This document shows positions 17,100-24,000 of a stretch of DNA of 24,000 nucleotides, piece by piece. The notes beneath the pieces are model-generated. The model saw only the letters and a program-made list of their open reading frames with translations. It was not told the DNA's origin and searched no databases. The first letter of the stretch is position 1, and each line of letters opens with the position of its first letter. The DNA comes from Sulfolobus acidocaldarius DSM 639 (GTDB lineage: Archaea > Thermoproteota > Thermoprotei_A > Sulfolobales > Sulfolobaceae), in assembly GCF_000012285.1 (NCBI RefSeq), contig NC_007181.1, forward strand, positions 977,706 to 1,001,705. The letters run 5' to 3'. Made by a program: the position numbers and the translations under genes.

Positions 17100-17237
17100 T
17101 ATTCTCTTTTAATAGATCTATTTATGGTCTAAAGCTACATAATTAACAGTGCATATGTAAATTATTTACTAGAGTGTTTTACTTTTGTATAAAAACAGTA
17201 ATATTTAAATTTTCAGATGGCATAGATTCTCTAAGAG

Positions 17238-18047
17238 ATGACCAAGAGTCTATTCGATGTGTTAAAAGAATTAGACTCTCTTGTCGATTTCTCTAGGGCA
17301 AAACTACAGTGGGATATATTAATTATACTTGCAACCAAAGGACCATCATCGACAACAGAAATCTCACAAACAATAAACACAAGCAGAAAATCCATAATAG
17401 ACGCAATAAGAAAACTAGTTGACAAAGAACTTGTAACAAAAGTTAAACATGATATCTATGGGTTATCCGACAAGGGAAAGGAACTTTGGAACAAGATCGA
17501 TTCGGTCTTAAACATAGAAGTGATAAACGGAAATAATCATAAAGGACAAAGCAAAGATGAAGATATATTAGCTTTAGAAAACCTATCCCAATATTTTTAC
17601 TTAATTAACTTATCCAAAATGATTACAATCAATCACGATGGATTGAGTCTAGATAAAGCAGCTAGAGAATTAGGAGTCTCAAGACAAACACTCAAATACT
17701 ACCTTGAACTCTTTGAGGAGAAGAAATTATTCAGAGTTATAGGTAAGAGGACTCATTTTAAGAAAAATATCTATAAGTGTGTATTAATGAATGAAGGTAA
17801 AAGGCTATTATTCAGATTACCCGAGTTTACGAAAATGAAAAATAATCTTCCGCTTAAGCTACTTCTAAGACTAACAAATAGTTATACTCTCGAAATGGCA
17901 AACGTCAAAGTTATGGGATTTATTCTAATCTCTTTACCATTACTCATGTACTTTAGAGACCAATTAGGTCTAATTGAACTGCCCTGGTTATATGCAGTAA
18001 TATTCTTAGCACTTTTAAGTGTATTTGCGCAAATCCTCAGTAGATAA
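17238..18047 (+). CDS. arnR: Membrane-anchored HTH transcription activator of the archaellum operon, ArnR
   Basis: This is a 269-aa ORF with the same architecture as arnR1: a wHTH, a second HTH (VSRQTLKYYLELF), and two C-terminal TM helices (VMGFILISLPLLMYF and WLYAVIFLALLSVFAQIL). A TATA-like ATATTTAAATTTT (17201-17213) lies about 30 nt upstream of the ATG. Position between flaB and the kinase fits arnR (Saci_1180) as I remember it. Confidence 0.9.
   Translation: MTKSLFDVLKELDSLVDFSRAKLQWDILIILATKGPSSTTEISQTINTSRKSIIDAIRKLVDKELVTKVKHDIYGLSDKGKELWNKIDSVLNIEVINGNNHKGQSKDEDILALENLSQYFYLINLSKMITINHDGLSLDKAARELGVSRQTLKYYLELFEEKKLFRVIGKRTHFKKNIYKCVLMNEGKRLLFRLPEFTKMKNNLPLKLLLRLTNSYTLEMANVKVMGFILISLPLLMYFRDQLGLIELPWLYAVIFLALLSVFAQILSR
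17267..17447 (+). repeat. 181-bp block 100 percent identical to 9420..9600 (copy 2, inside arnR)
   Basis: See copy 1. The two copies are in direct orientation with an offset of 7847 bp. The identical antisense pseudo-ORFs in the track (MSTSFLIASIMDFLLVFIVCEISVVDDGPLVASIINISHCSFALEKSTRESNS) are a by-product of this block. Confidence 0.95.
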
Positions 18048-18316
18048 ACCCTTTTTACCATATTATACCTACTAGAATTTCATTCAATATTTTCTTGTCT
18101 ATTTTAAGATTAGAAATAGTTAATCATGAAATAAATTTCTCTCATATCATAGCTAATCACATTAAAAGAGATAGAATAGTTTAAAAACAGGTGTTTCAAT
18201 ACTAATTATATACAATAAGAAGATATACCCACATAAAGTTGAGATGATACGAGGTGTTAGTTAGTGGAAATTAGGATAATTCACAAGCGAATTTTTCAGT
18301 ATTAGTAGTAAAAGCT

Positions 18317-20188
18317 ATGTTAATGTCGTTTATATTATTGATATCGACATCTATGATACTTATTTCAGTTTTCAGTTATGTGCTGATAGCTTTGATAGTT
18401 TTAGGAATAGTTTTGTCACTAATATCATTGCTATCTCCTAGAGTATCTTACGTATCTTCAGTTTACCTGATAGGTCTAACAGTATATTTAAATCCAGGAT
18501 TTTCTCTAACTCAGTCCCTGATAAATACTGTTCCTATCCTAGGAGAAATAAATATGTTAAGTGGGCTGTTGAAGACTCCTGTAACTTCAATAATATCTAG
18601 CCTTTTCTCCCTAGCATTATTAAATTTAGGCATAAAGGGTTATGAGATATATTTGAGTAAGCACGCTGATATCGTGAAATTAGATTCAATAATTTTCTCC
18701 CAACACGGTCTTCCGAAGCAGGCTAACTGGAATATTGTTGTTAATTCTGAAGTAAAACTCCTCAAGTCAAATGAGAAGCTTATATTAAGCAATACTCCAG
18801 AAGCGAAATATGAACTTTGCCCAACATTGGTAGACCATAAATATTACGTGCCCAATAAGGTGACGGGTTTAGCCTTTGAGGGAGAGGTTATAAGGATTAA
18901 TTACTCTCCAGTTGACGGTGTACCGTATGAAAAGTTCAGGAACTGTTTTACAGTATTTGAGGTCGAAGGACTACCTCCAGATACGAGTTTTGTAATTGAA
19001 ATTAATGGTGCGTCATTGAAGCTCAAGGATAGAAAGTTCGCTAAACTGTCGCTGGAGCCTTTGTACTGGAAAGTAAATGAAATCAGGATATCTAGAGAGG
19101 ATGAAGAAGAAATTTATGAACCTGACATAAAAGAGGGTTTAACTTTTAGAGGTGGGACAGTTAAAATAAACTTCAGGAGGAAAGTGATTAGATATAAAAC
19201 AGCTAAAATACCATCTATAGAAAATTGGGATCCTGGAATTTGGGTGGGTCAAGAGGTTTATGGTTACAGGGTAATTGAAGTAATAGGATTAGGTGGAAAT
19301 GGATATGTTATGAAAGTGGAAAAGAACGGTTTATTATACGCTATGAAAGTTCTATCAGTAAATAAGTTCACCAATTCCCTAGAACACTTTGACAATCTGT
19401 TAAAGGAATCTGAAAATTTGGAAAAGTTATCAAAAGATCCAAGGTTAGTTAGTATATATGGCTCATTTGTAGACAAAAATAACATTCAGTCTGCGTTAGC
19501 TGGGGATTATACCAGCTATTATAAGTACCCGCCGGCAATTATAATGGAGTTTATGGAGGGCGGCACATTATTCGATCTAATTAGTAGAGTTGATCTTGTA
19601 CAGTCTAAATATTGGCAGTACATAGTCAAACTCGTCATAAAAGAAATAGCCAAAGCCCTGACGTTTTTACATAAAAGGGGATATGTTCACCTAGATGTAA
19701 AGCCACAAAATATATTTCTGAAAGAGAAAATCAACGGCGAGCCAGAAGTAGTTTATAAAATTCTGTCTTCTACCCCGGGAATAATTAAGTTGGGGGACTT
19801 AGGTAGTGCAGTTAGAGTAGGAGAGAAGATAACACAAGCAACACCAGCCTATTCACCACCAGAGCAAATAGAGGCAGTAATAACAGGAAAGGGAGCACAA
19901 CCCTCCATGGATAATTATGCATTAGGTGTTACACTATATAAGTTACTTACTATGAAGAACCTAGATTATGTTAACTATTTGGATAAAGCTTTCGATGAAT
20001 ACATCAAAGGGGATCCCAGTATTGCGATGAAATACATAAATATGGCTAAGATGAGTATGGTTAACTTTAAACCTAAACTACCTCATAATACTCTGCCCGA
20101 GTTAGCTAACGTAGTACAGGGAACATTAGTTGTAGATCCAAAGAGGAGACTGACCAGCTACGATATAGTTAAGATATTAGAAGGGTAA
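18317..20188 (+). CDS. arnS: Membrane-bound eukaryotic-type Ser/Thr protein kinase (ArnS)
   Basis: This is a 623-aa ORF. About 4 N-terminal TM segments (aa 1-115) are followed by a domain of about 190 aa that I cannot assign. The ePK domain runs from about aa 310 (nt 19244). It has the Gly-loop GLGGNGYV, the catalytic Lys in YAMKV, the catalytic loop HLDVKPQNIF (a non-RD variant), DLG in place of DFG (KLGDLGSA), and PPE in place of APE (YSPPE). Position next to arnR fits Saci_1181 (ArnS) as I remember it. Confidence 0.9.
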   Translation: MLMSFILLISTSMILISVFSYVLIALIVLGIVLSLISLLSPRVSYVSSVYLIGLTVYLNPGFSLTQSLINTVPILGEINMLSGLLKTPVTSIISSLFSLALLNLGIKGYEIYLSKHADIVKLDSIIFSQHGLPKQANWNIVVNSEVKLLKSNEKLILSNTPEAKYELCPTLVDHKYYVPNKVTGLAFEGEVIRINYSPVDGVPYEKFRNCFTVFEVEGLPPDTSFVIEINGASLKLKDRKFAKLSLEPLYWKVNEIRISREDEEEIYEPDIKEGLTFRGGTVKINFRRKVIRYKTAKIPSIENWDPGIWVGQEVYGYRVIEVIGLGGNGYVMKVEKNGLLYAMKVLSVNKFTNSLEHFDNLLKESENLEKLSKDPRLVSIYGSFVDKNNIQSALAGDYTSYYKYPPAIIMEFMEGGTLFDLISRVDLVQSKYWQYIVKLVIKEIAKALTFLHKRGYVHLDVKPQNIFLKEKINGEPEVVYKILSSTPGIIKLGDLGSAVRVGEKITQATPAYSPPEQIEAVITGKGAQPSMDNYALGVTLYKLLTMKNLDYVNYLDKAFDEYIKGDPSIAMKYINMAKMSMVNFKPKLPHNTLPELANVVQGTLVVDPKRRLTSYDIVKILEG

Positions 20189-20381
20189 AAGAGATTTCAT
20201 TTAACATTTTTATAATTATGATTTTTATTAAATAAAAACTAATACCTTGATTTCACCCCTTTAATTGAGTAAGTATATTTGTTTCTAAAACTTTTAGGAT
20301 TTGGCATTAAACTTCAATTTTAGTTTATCCTCTATTATAACACTTTAATTATGATTGTTAACAAGGGAAAAAGTTTTGTTT

Positions 20382-21815
20382 TTAAACTACACTTTCAGTA
20401 GTTTTGACCTTTTGTTTTAAAACATAGTTCTTGGTAAGTAATGCGACCAGTAAGTTGATGAACATTAAGCAGATTCCTACTAGATATATATAATGGAATG
20501 CTTCAGACGACGGAACTGACGCTATAGGCAGATATTGATTATTAAACAGGTAACCTATCCATGCTGTATAAGTATCCATAAATACGGTAGATATAACTGG
20601 TCCTACTGAACTTCCTATTGACCTTATTAAAGTGTTCATCCCAATCCCAACCCCTCTTTGATCCTCTGGTAAGGATACTGCCACCATATTCACTAAAGGT
20701 ATCATCAGGGATATTATGCCAACAGATGCTACTACAGTATCTAGTAGCACTTGAATATTAGTTGAATTGAAAGCATTTAACAACAAAAAGCCTATAATCC
20801 CCACAATTGAACCAAATATAAGCAAAGGCTTAGGACCAGTGCTATTGATTAGCCTTCCTACAATGGGACCTACTACCATCATTGTGAGTGCTACAGGAGC
20901 CATTAACAACCCAGAGTCAATTATACTTAAGCCAAGACCGTAAGGCTTGGGTAACTGGGCATAATAGGTTAAGCCAATAAACATGAGGAACATCGCAGTA
21001 CCTGCTATTAAACCAGATATATTAGCTACCATAATATTCCTAATTCTAAACAGGTCTAATTTCATAAGAGGTTCCGCTACTCTTCTCTCCACAAAGATAA
21101 ACACACCAAAACTTATAATTGAAGTTAGAATGAGTGAGAATTGAGTTGCTGAAAACCAACCGATAGACGGTCCCTCTGTCAAGTACACTAATAGTGATAT
21201 TACAGCTAACATTAAGAATACAGCCCCTAAATAGTCAATCCTCTCCTTGGTTTTAGATGGTATCTCCTGGATAAATCTTATGGATATAAACATGAGGATT
21301 ATTGAGAGTATGAACGCTGTATGAAAGGCATATTGCCAACCTAAGTCTTGAACTATGTATGCACCGATTAACAAACCTAATGCCGGACCTAGTGCCAAGG
21401 TAGCGCTTAGTATACTTTGAGCCCATGCTACTCTTTCCCTTGGAAATAAATCAGTAATTATTGCAATTGCAATTGGAAAAACTGCAAAGCCCAGACCTTG
21501 AATTGCTCTAGCAAATATAAGCATATAGATATTTGTTGAAAATCCTGCAATTAACACTGCCAGAGAGTAGAAGGCTATAGCTAAAAGATATATTTTCTTT
21601 TTACCGTACCTATCTCCTAATTTTCCGAAAACTGGTGAGGCAACTGCTCCAACAATTAGGTATGCTGAAGTGATCCACGCAACAGTAGTAGCTGAAGTGG
21701 AAAACTGATCCTCTATTTTTGGAAGGGCGGGTATAACCATAGTCTCTACATAATTCACCAAAACCAACATGAGAGAAAGGGTAACTAGAGTGGTTGTTGC
21801 TCCCTTATGATCCAT
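20382..21815 (-). CDS. Major facilitator superfamily transporter, about 14 TM (DHA2/EmrB-like drug:H+ antiporter type)
   Basis: This is a 477-aa, highly hydrophobic ORF. It carries MFS motif A between TM2 and TM3 (GKLGDRYGKKKIY). Its length and TM count fit the 14-TMS DHA2 family. A TATA-like CTTTATTTATAC lies about 26 nt upstream of the ATG. Confidence 0.88.
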   Translation of the reverse strand: MDHKGATTTLVTLSLMLVLVNYVETMVIPALPKIEDQFSTSATTVAWITSAYLIVGAVASPVFGKLGDRYGKKKIYLLAIAFYSLAVLIAGFSTNIYMLIFARAIQGLGFAVFPIAIAIITDLFPRERVAWAQSILSATLALGPALGLLIGAYIVQDLGWQYAFHTAFILSIILMFISIRFIQEIPSKTKERIDYLGAVFLMLAVISLLVYLTEGPSIGWFSATQFSLILTSIISFGVFIFVERRVAEPLMKLDLFRIRNIMVANISGLIAGTAMFLMFIGLTYYAQLPKPYGLGLSIIDSGLLMAPVALTMMVVGPIVGRLINSTGPKPLLIFGSIVGIIGFLLLNAFNSTNIQVLLDTVVASVGIISLMIPLVNMVAVSLPEDQRGVGIGMNTLIRSIGSSVGPVISTVFMDTYTAWIGYLFNNQYLPIASVPSSEAFHYIYLVGICLMFINLLVALLTKNYVLKQKVKTTESVV

Positions 21816-22222
21816 GGAGACTATTAAAAATTTTCGTATAAATAAAGTTTTCGATATATCTCTAGTACTGAATATTATTCAATTAGGGTATATATAGTAT
21901 TGATAGAATATACTATTAGAAGTTACCTAATTACTAATATGTCGTTTTGCTTAAGTTATTTTATTAAAAACTTTTAACATTTTTACATGGCTAAAGATCA
22001 AGTTTTACCTTTTATCATGAAAATTGTAAATAAGCAAGAATTATAAGATATAAATTAGATTATCGATATCGATAATTTCCTAGAACGAGCTTAATTATTT
22101 TTTAATATCTAGTGAAGAATTGAAAATGGTCTTATTTAGGAACCACATAGTGGGTTCTCTTCAATTAAACTATCGTTTATATACGAATATTTTAAATATT
22201 CCGATATATCGGTATAGTATAG
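21816..22222. promoter_or_regulatory. Divergent control region between the MFS gene and the repeat-protein gene, with GATAT(AT)C palindromes
   Basis: GATATATC at 21853-21860 lies just upstream of the MFS TATA element. A perfect 18-bp palindrome ATTATCGATATCGATAAT lies at 22059-22076. A perfect 12-bp palindrome CCGATATATCGG at 22201-22212 lies between the TATA-like TTTAAATATT (22191-22200) and the ATG at 22223. Confidence 0.5.
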
Positions 22223-24000
22223 ATGTATATGAAGAAAAGGGTTTCCCTAATATTACTGATTCTATCAATAATTGTTATCTCTACTTCCTTTAGTTACGTT
22301 ATATCAACTGCTACACCAAACATTCAAGGATACTCGTCTTCCCCTGAGCTTATAACACCAGGAGAACAAGAGATACCTATAACATTTCACCTGATAAATT
22401 CAAACCCCTATGTCCTGTATAATGTACAAATTTCACCGACAGATACATATCCTTTTTACCTGTTCAACTACTATAATGTTAACCCTACAGTTACTATACC
22501 AGAATGGACTCCAGGACAAATGGTTAATGTCACATATATCTTCAATGTGGCAAATGGAGTTAAGGACGGAATTTATGAAGAGTTATTAAATATCCAGGCT
22601 ATAGTTAATAACCAGAGCATATATACTCAAGTATCAGTAGGAGTTCCAGTTCTGGGTTATGTTAACTTCACAGCATCATCAGTATGGGGAACACCATCAA
22701 ACCCAACAGTAGTAGGACCAGGACAAACAAACACACCACTAACAATAATACTACAAAACCTCGGAAACGCGTTAGTTACTAATGTCACCTTAGAGTTCAG
22801 CTCCCAGTTCCCCGTTAAATTCCTACAAAATAACGCAACAATTTCAGCCATAGAGCCAGGATATTATGGAGAGGCAACAGTCTTTGCCTCCGTATACCCC
22901 AACGCTACGGAAGGAGTATATTACATAAAACTTAAGGTAAATTATTACCAGAACAGTGTTCAGTATGTCACAGTCCCTATCGACATAGGTGCAGTTAGTA
23001 AAGTATCGTTGACAGATACATGGGGAACTCCGTCCAATCCTCAATTGGCTGCGGCTGGTTCCTCATTTTTACCCCTAACAATCTATGTGGAGAATTTGGG
23101 AGAAAACCTACTATCAAACGTAACACTAACACTAAAATCACACTACCCAATACAATTCCTACAAAATAATGCAACAATAGGCTTCGTACCAGCAGGACAA
23201 TACAACTACGCAACAGTAATAGCAAGTGTAGATAGGAATGCAACACCAGGTGTCTACTACATTCCAGTTACAGTAAGCATGTACAATGGGTACAAAGAGA
23301 CTGTAATGATGCCTATATACGTTTTGGGGTATGTTAACTTCACAGCATCATCAGTATGGGGAACACCATCAAACCCAACAGTAGTAGGACCAGGACAAAC
23401 AAACACACCACTAACAATAATACTACAGAATATAGGTACTGCAACTGTAACTAATGCTACATTACAACTAGAGTCACAATATCCAGTAAAGTTCCTTCAA
23501 AGTAACTTGAGTATAGGTAACATACCTGTTGGAGTACCTATTGAATTGACTGTGTTGAGCAATGTATATCCTAATGCAACAACTGGTGTGTATTTTGTAA
23601 GTGCTAAAATAACATATTATGACGGTATAACGAAGAATATCACGTTCCCAATATACATTCAGGGAAGTAATCAGGTTTCCTTACAGGGAATATGGGGCTC
23701 ACCATCAAACCCAATACTTGTTGCACCTGGTGAAAATAATATACCTCTAACTGTTGTTGTGGAGAATTTGGGAGAAAACCTACTATCAAACGTAACACTA
23801 ACACTAAAATCACACTACCCAATACAATTCCTACAAAATAACGCAACAATAGGCTTCGTACCAGCAGGACAATACAACTACGCAACAGTAATAGCCGATA
23901 TATATCCCAATGCGTCCTCTGGAGTTTACTACATTCCAGTTACAGTAAGCATGTACAATGGGTACAAAGAGACTGTAATGCTTCCTGTTGAAATACTAGG
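22223..24000 (+). CDS. Large secreted/surface protein built of tandem ~112-aa beta-sandwich-like (CARDB / COG1361 S-layer-domain-like) repeats, N-terminal part (runs off the right edge)
   Basis: It is absent from the ORF track because it has no stop in the window. The ATG at 22223 (alternative 22229, MKKRVSL) is preceded by an in-frame TAG, and the frame stays open for 592 codons to the window end. The N-terminus is a signal/anchor (KKRVSLILLILSIIVISTSFS). At least 5 repeats follow, of the pattern WGTPSNP..V.PG....PLT..L.N.G......V.L.L.S.YP..FLQ.N..I..I..G.......V..PNAT.GVYY. N-x-S/T sequons are very dense. All four antisense ORFs in the track between 22657 and 23885 are artefacts of this gene. 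Confidence 0.85.
   Translation, partial: MYMKKRVSLILLILSIIVISTSFSYVISTATPNIQGYSSSPELITPGEQEIPITFHLINSNPYVLYNVQISPTDTYPFYLFNYYNVNPTVTIPEWTPGQMVNVTYIFNVANGVKDGIYEELLNIQAIVNNQSIYTQVSVGVPVLGYVNFTASSVWGTPSNPTVVGPGQTNTPLTIILQNLGNALVTNVTLEFSSQFPVKFLQNNATISAIEPGYYGEATVFASVYPNATEGVYYIKLKVNYYQNSVQYVTVPIDIGAVSKVSLTDTWGTPSNPQLAAAGSSFLPLTIYVENLGENLLSNVTLTLKSHYPIQFLQNNATIGFVPAGQYNYATVIASVDRNATPGVYYIPVTVSMYNGYKETVMMPIYVLGYVNFTASSVWGTPSNPTVVGPGQTNTPLTIILQNIGTATVTNATLQLESQYPVKFLQSNLSIGNIPVGVPIELTVLSNVYPNATTGVYFVSAKITYYDGITKNITFPIYIQGSNQVSLQGIWGSPSNPILVAPGENNIPLTVVVENLGENLLSNVTLTLKSHYPIQFLQNNATIGFVPAGQYNYATVIADIYPNASSGVYYIPVTVSMYNGYKETVMLPVEIL
22658..23308 (+). repeat. Unit 1 of a 672-bp-period (224-codon, two-domain) intragenic duplication with mosaic identity
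   Basis: 22658-22755 equals 23330-23427 (98/98). 23086-23223 equals 23758-23895 (137/138, with one synonymous AAT/AAC change at 23170 versus 23842). 23255-23308 equals 23927-23980 (54/54). The 330 bp between the first two tracts is only about 45 percent identical at the protein level. Confidence 0.93.
23330..23980 (+). repeat. Unit 2 of the 672-bp-period intragenic duplication
   Basis: See unit 1. All three identical tracts share a constant offset of 672 bp. Confidence 0.93.

Noticed and set aside
9420-17447. Composite mobile element or genomic island bounded by 181-bp direct repeats
   Set aside because: There is no transposase, integrase, att-like tRNA flank or terminal inverted repeat. 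The repeats are in-frame coding segments of two paralogous regulators, and the interior is the core archaellum operon. Gene conversion between paralogues is the simpler explanation.
22657-23885. Four minus-strand ORFs (22657..22851, 22844..23044, 22995..23246, 23640..23885), and a possible CRISPR-like or tandem-repeat array
   Set aside because: The plus strand carries one uninterrupted 592-codon frame with a signal peptide and protein-level domain periodicity. The repeats have a 672-bp period with long diverged segments, not short repeat-spacer units. The antisense ORFs share sequence only because of the intragenic duplication.
1-24000. A novel defence or other undescribed multi-gene system
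   Set aside because: Every ORF of 100 aa or more can be assigned to sugar uptake, housekeeping redox or editing functions, the archaellum and its Arn regulators, a transporter, or a surface repeat protein. The one exception is the 125-aa orphan at 16722..17099. I see no nuclease, helicase, methylase, toxin-antitoxin or Cas-like signatures, so I do not claim such a system.

Overview
This is AT-rich, densely coding archaeal DNA, and most genes sit about 25-30 nt downstream of a TATA-like box, as expected for leaderless transcripts. Gene content and order match what I remember of the Sulfolobus acidocaldarius chromosome around Saci_1162 to Saci_1183. That identification comes from memory of protein sequences and synteny, not from a database search.

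Left part (1-5333): the 5' end of a secreted amylase-like gene that runs off the window, then the maltose/maltodextrin ABC transporter genes malG, malF and malE on the minus strand, with malK divergent from them.

Middle-left (5661-8551): a CBS-pair protein with a Cys-rich tail, an AlaX-type tRNA editing protein, a thioredoxin reductase, and a divergent msrA.

Centre (9382-18047): the seven-gene crenarchaeal archaellum operon flaB-flaX-flaG-flaF-flaH-flaI-flaJ (arlB to arlJ) on the minus strand. It is bracketed by two paralogous membrane-anchored HTH regulators, arnR1 and arnR. A small orphan membrane protein gene lies divergent from flaB.

Right part: the membrane Ser/Thr kinase arnS, a roughly 14-TM MFS transporter, and the 5' part of a large secreted repeat-domain protein that runs off the right edge.

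I found no rRNA, tRNA, CRISPR array, transposase or integrase. The dominant system, the archaellum plus the Arn regulators, is already well characterised, and I do not see a convincing undescribed multi-gene system.

The signals I consider most worth following up are:
- A 181-bp, 100 percent identical, in-phase block shared by arnR1 and arnR. The two copies are direct repeats 7.8 kb apart around the whole operon.
- An 830-bp ORF-free spacer upstream of arnR1 that contains inverted repeats and a duplicated promoter-like element.
- A phased TCGAC array in the flaB control region.
- GATAT(AT)C palindromes in the divergent promoter between the MFS gene and the repeat-protein gene.
- Mosaic, 672-bp-period identity tracts inside the repeat-protein gene.
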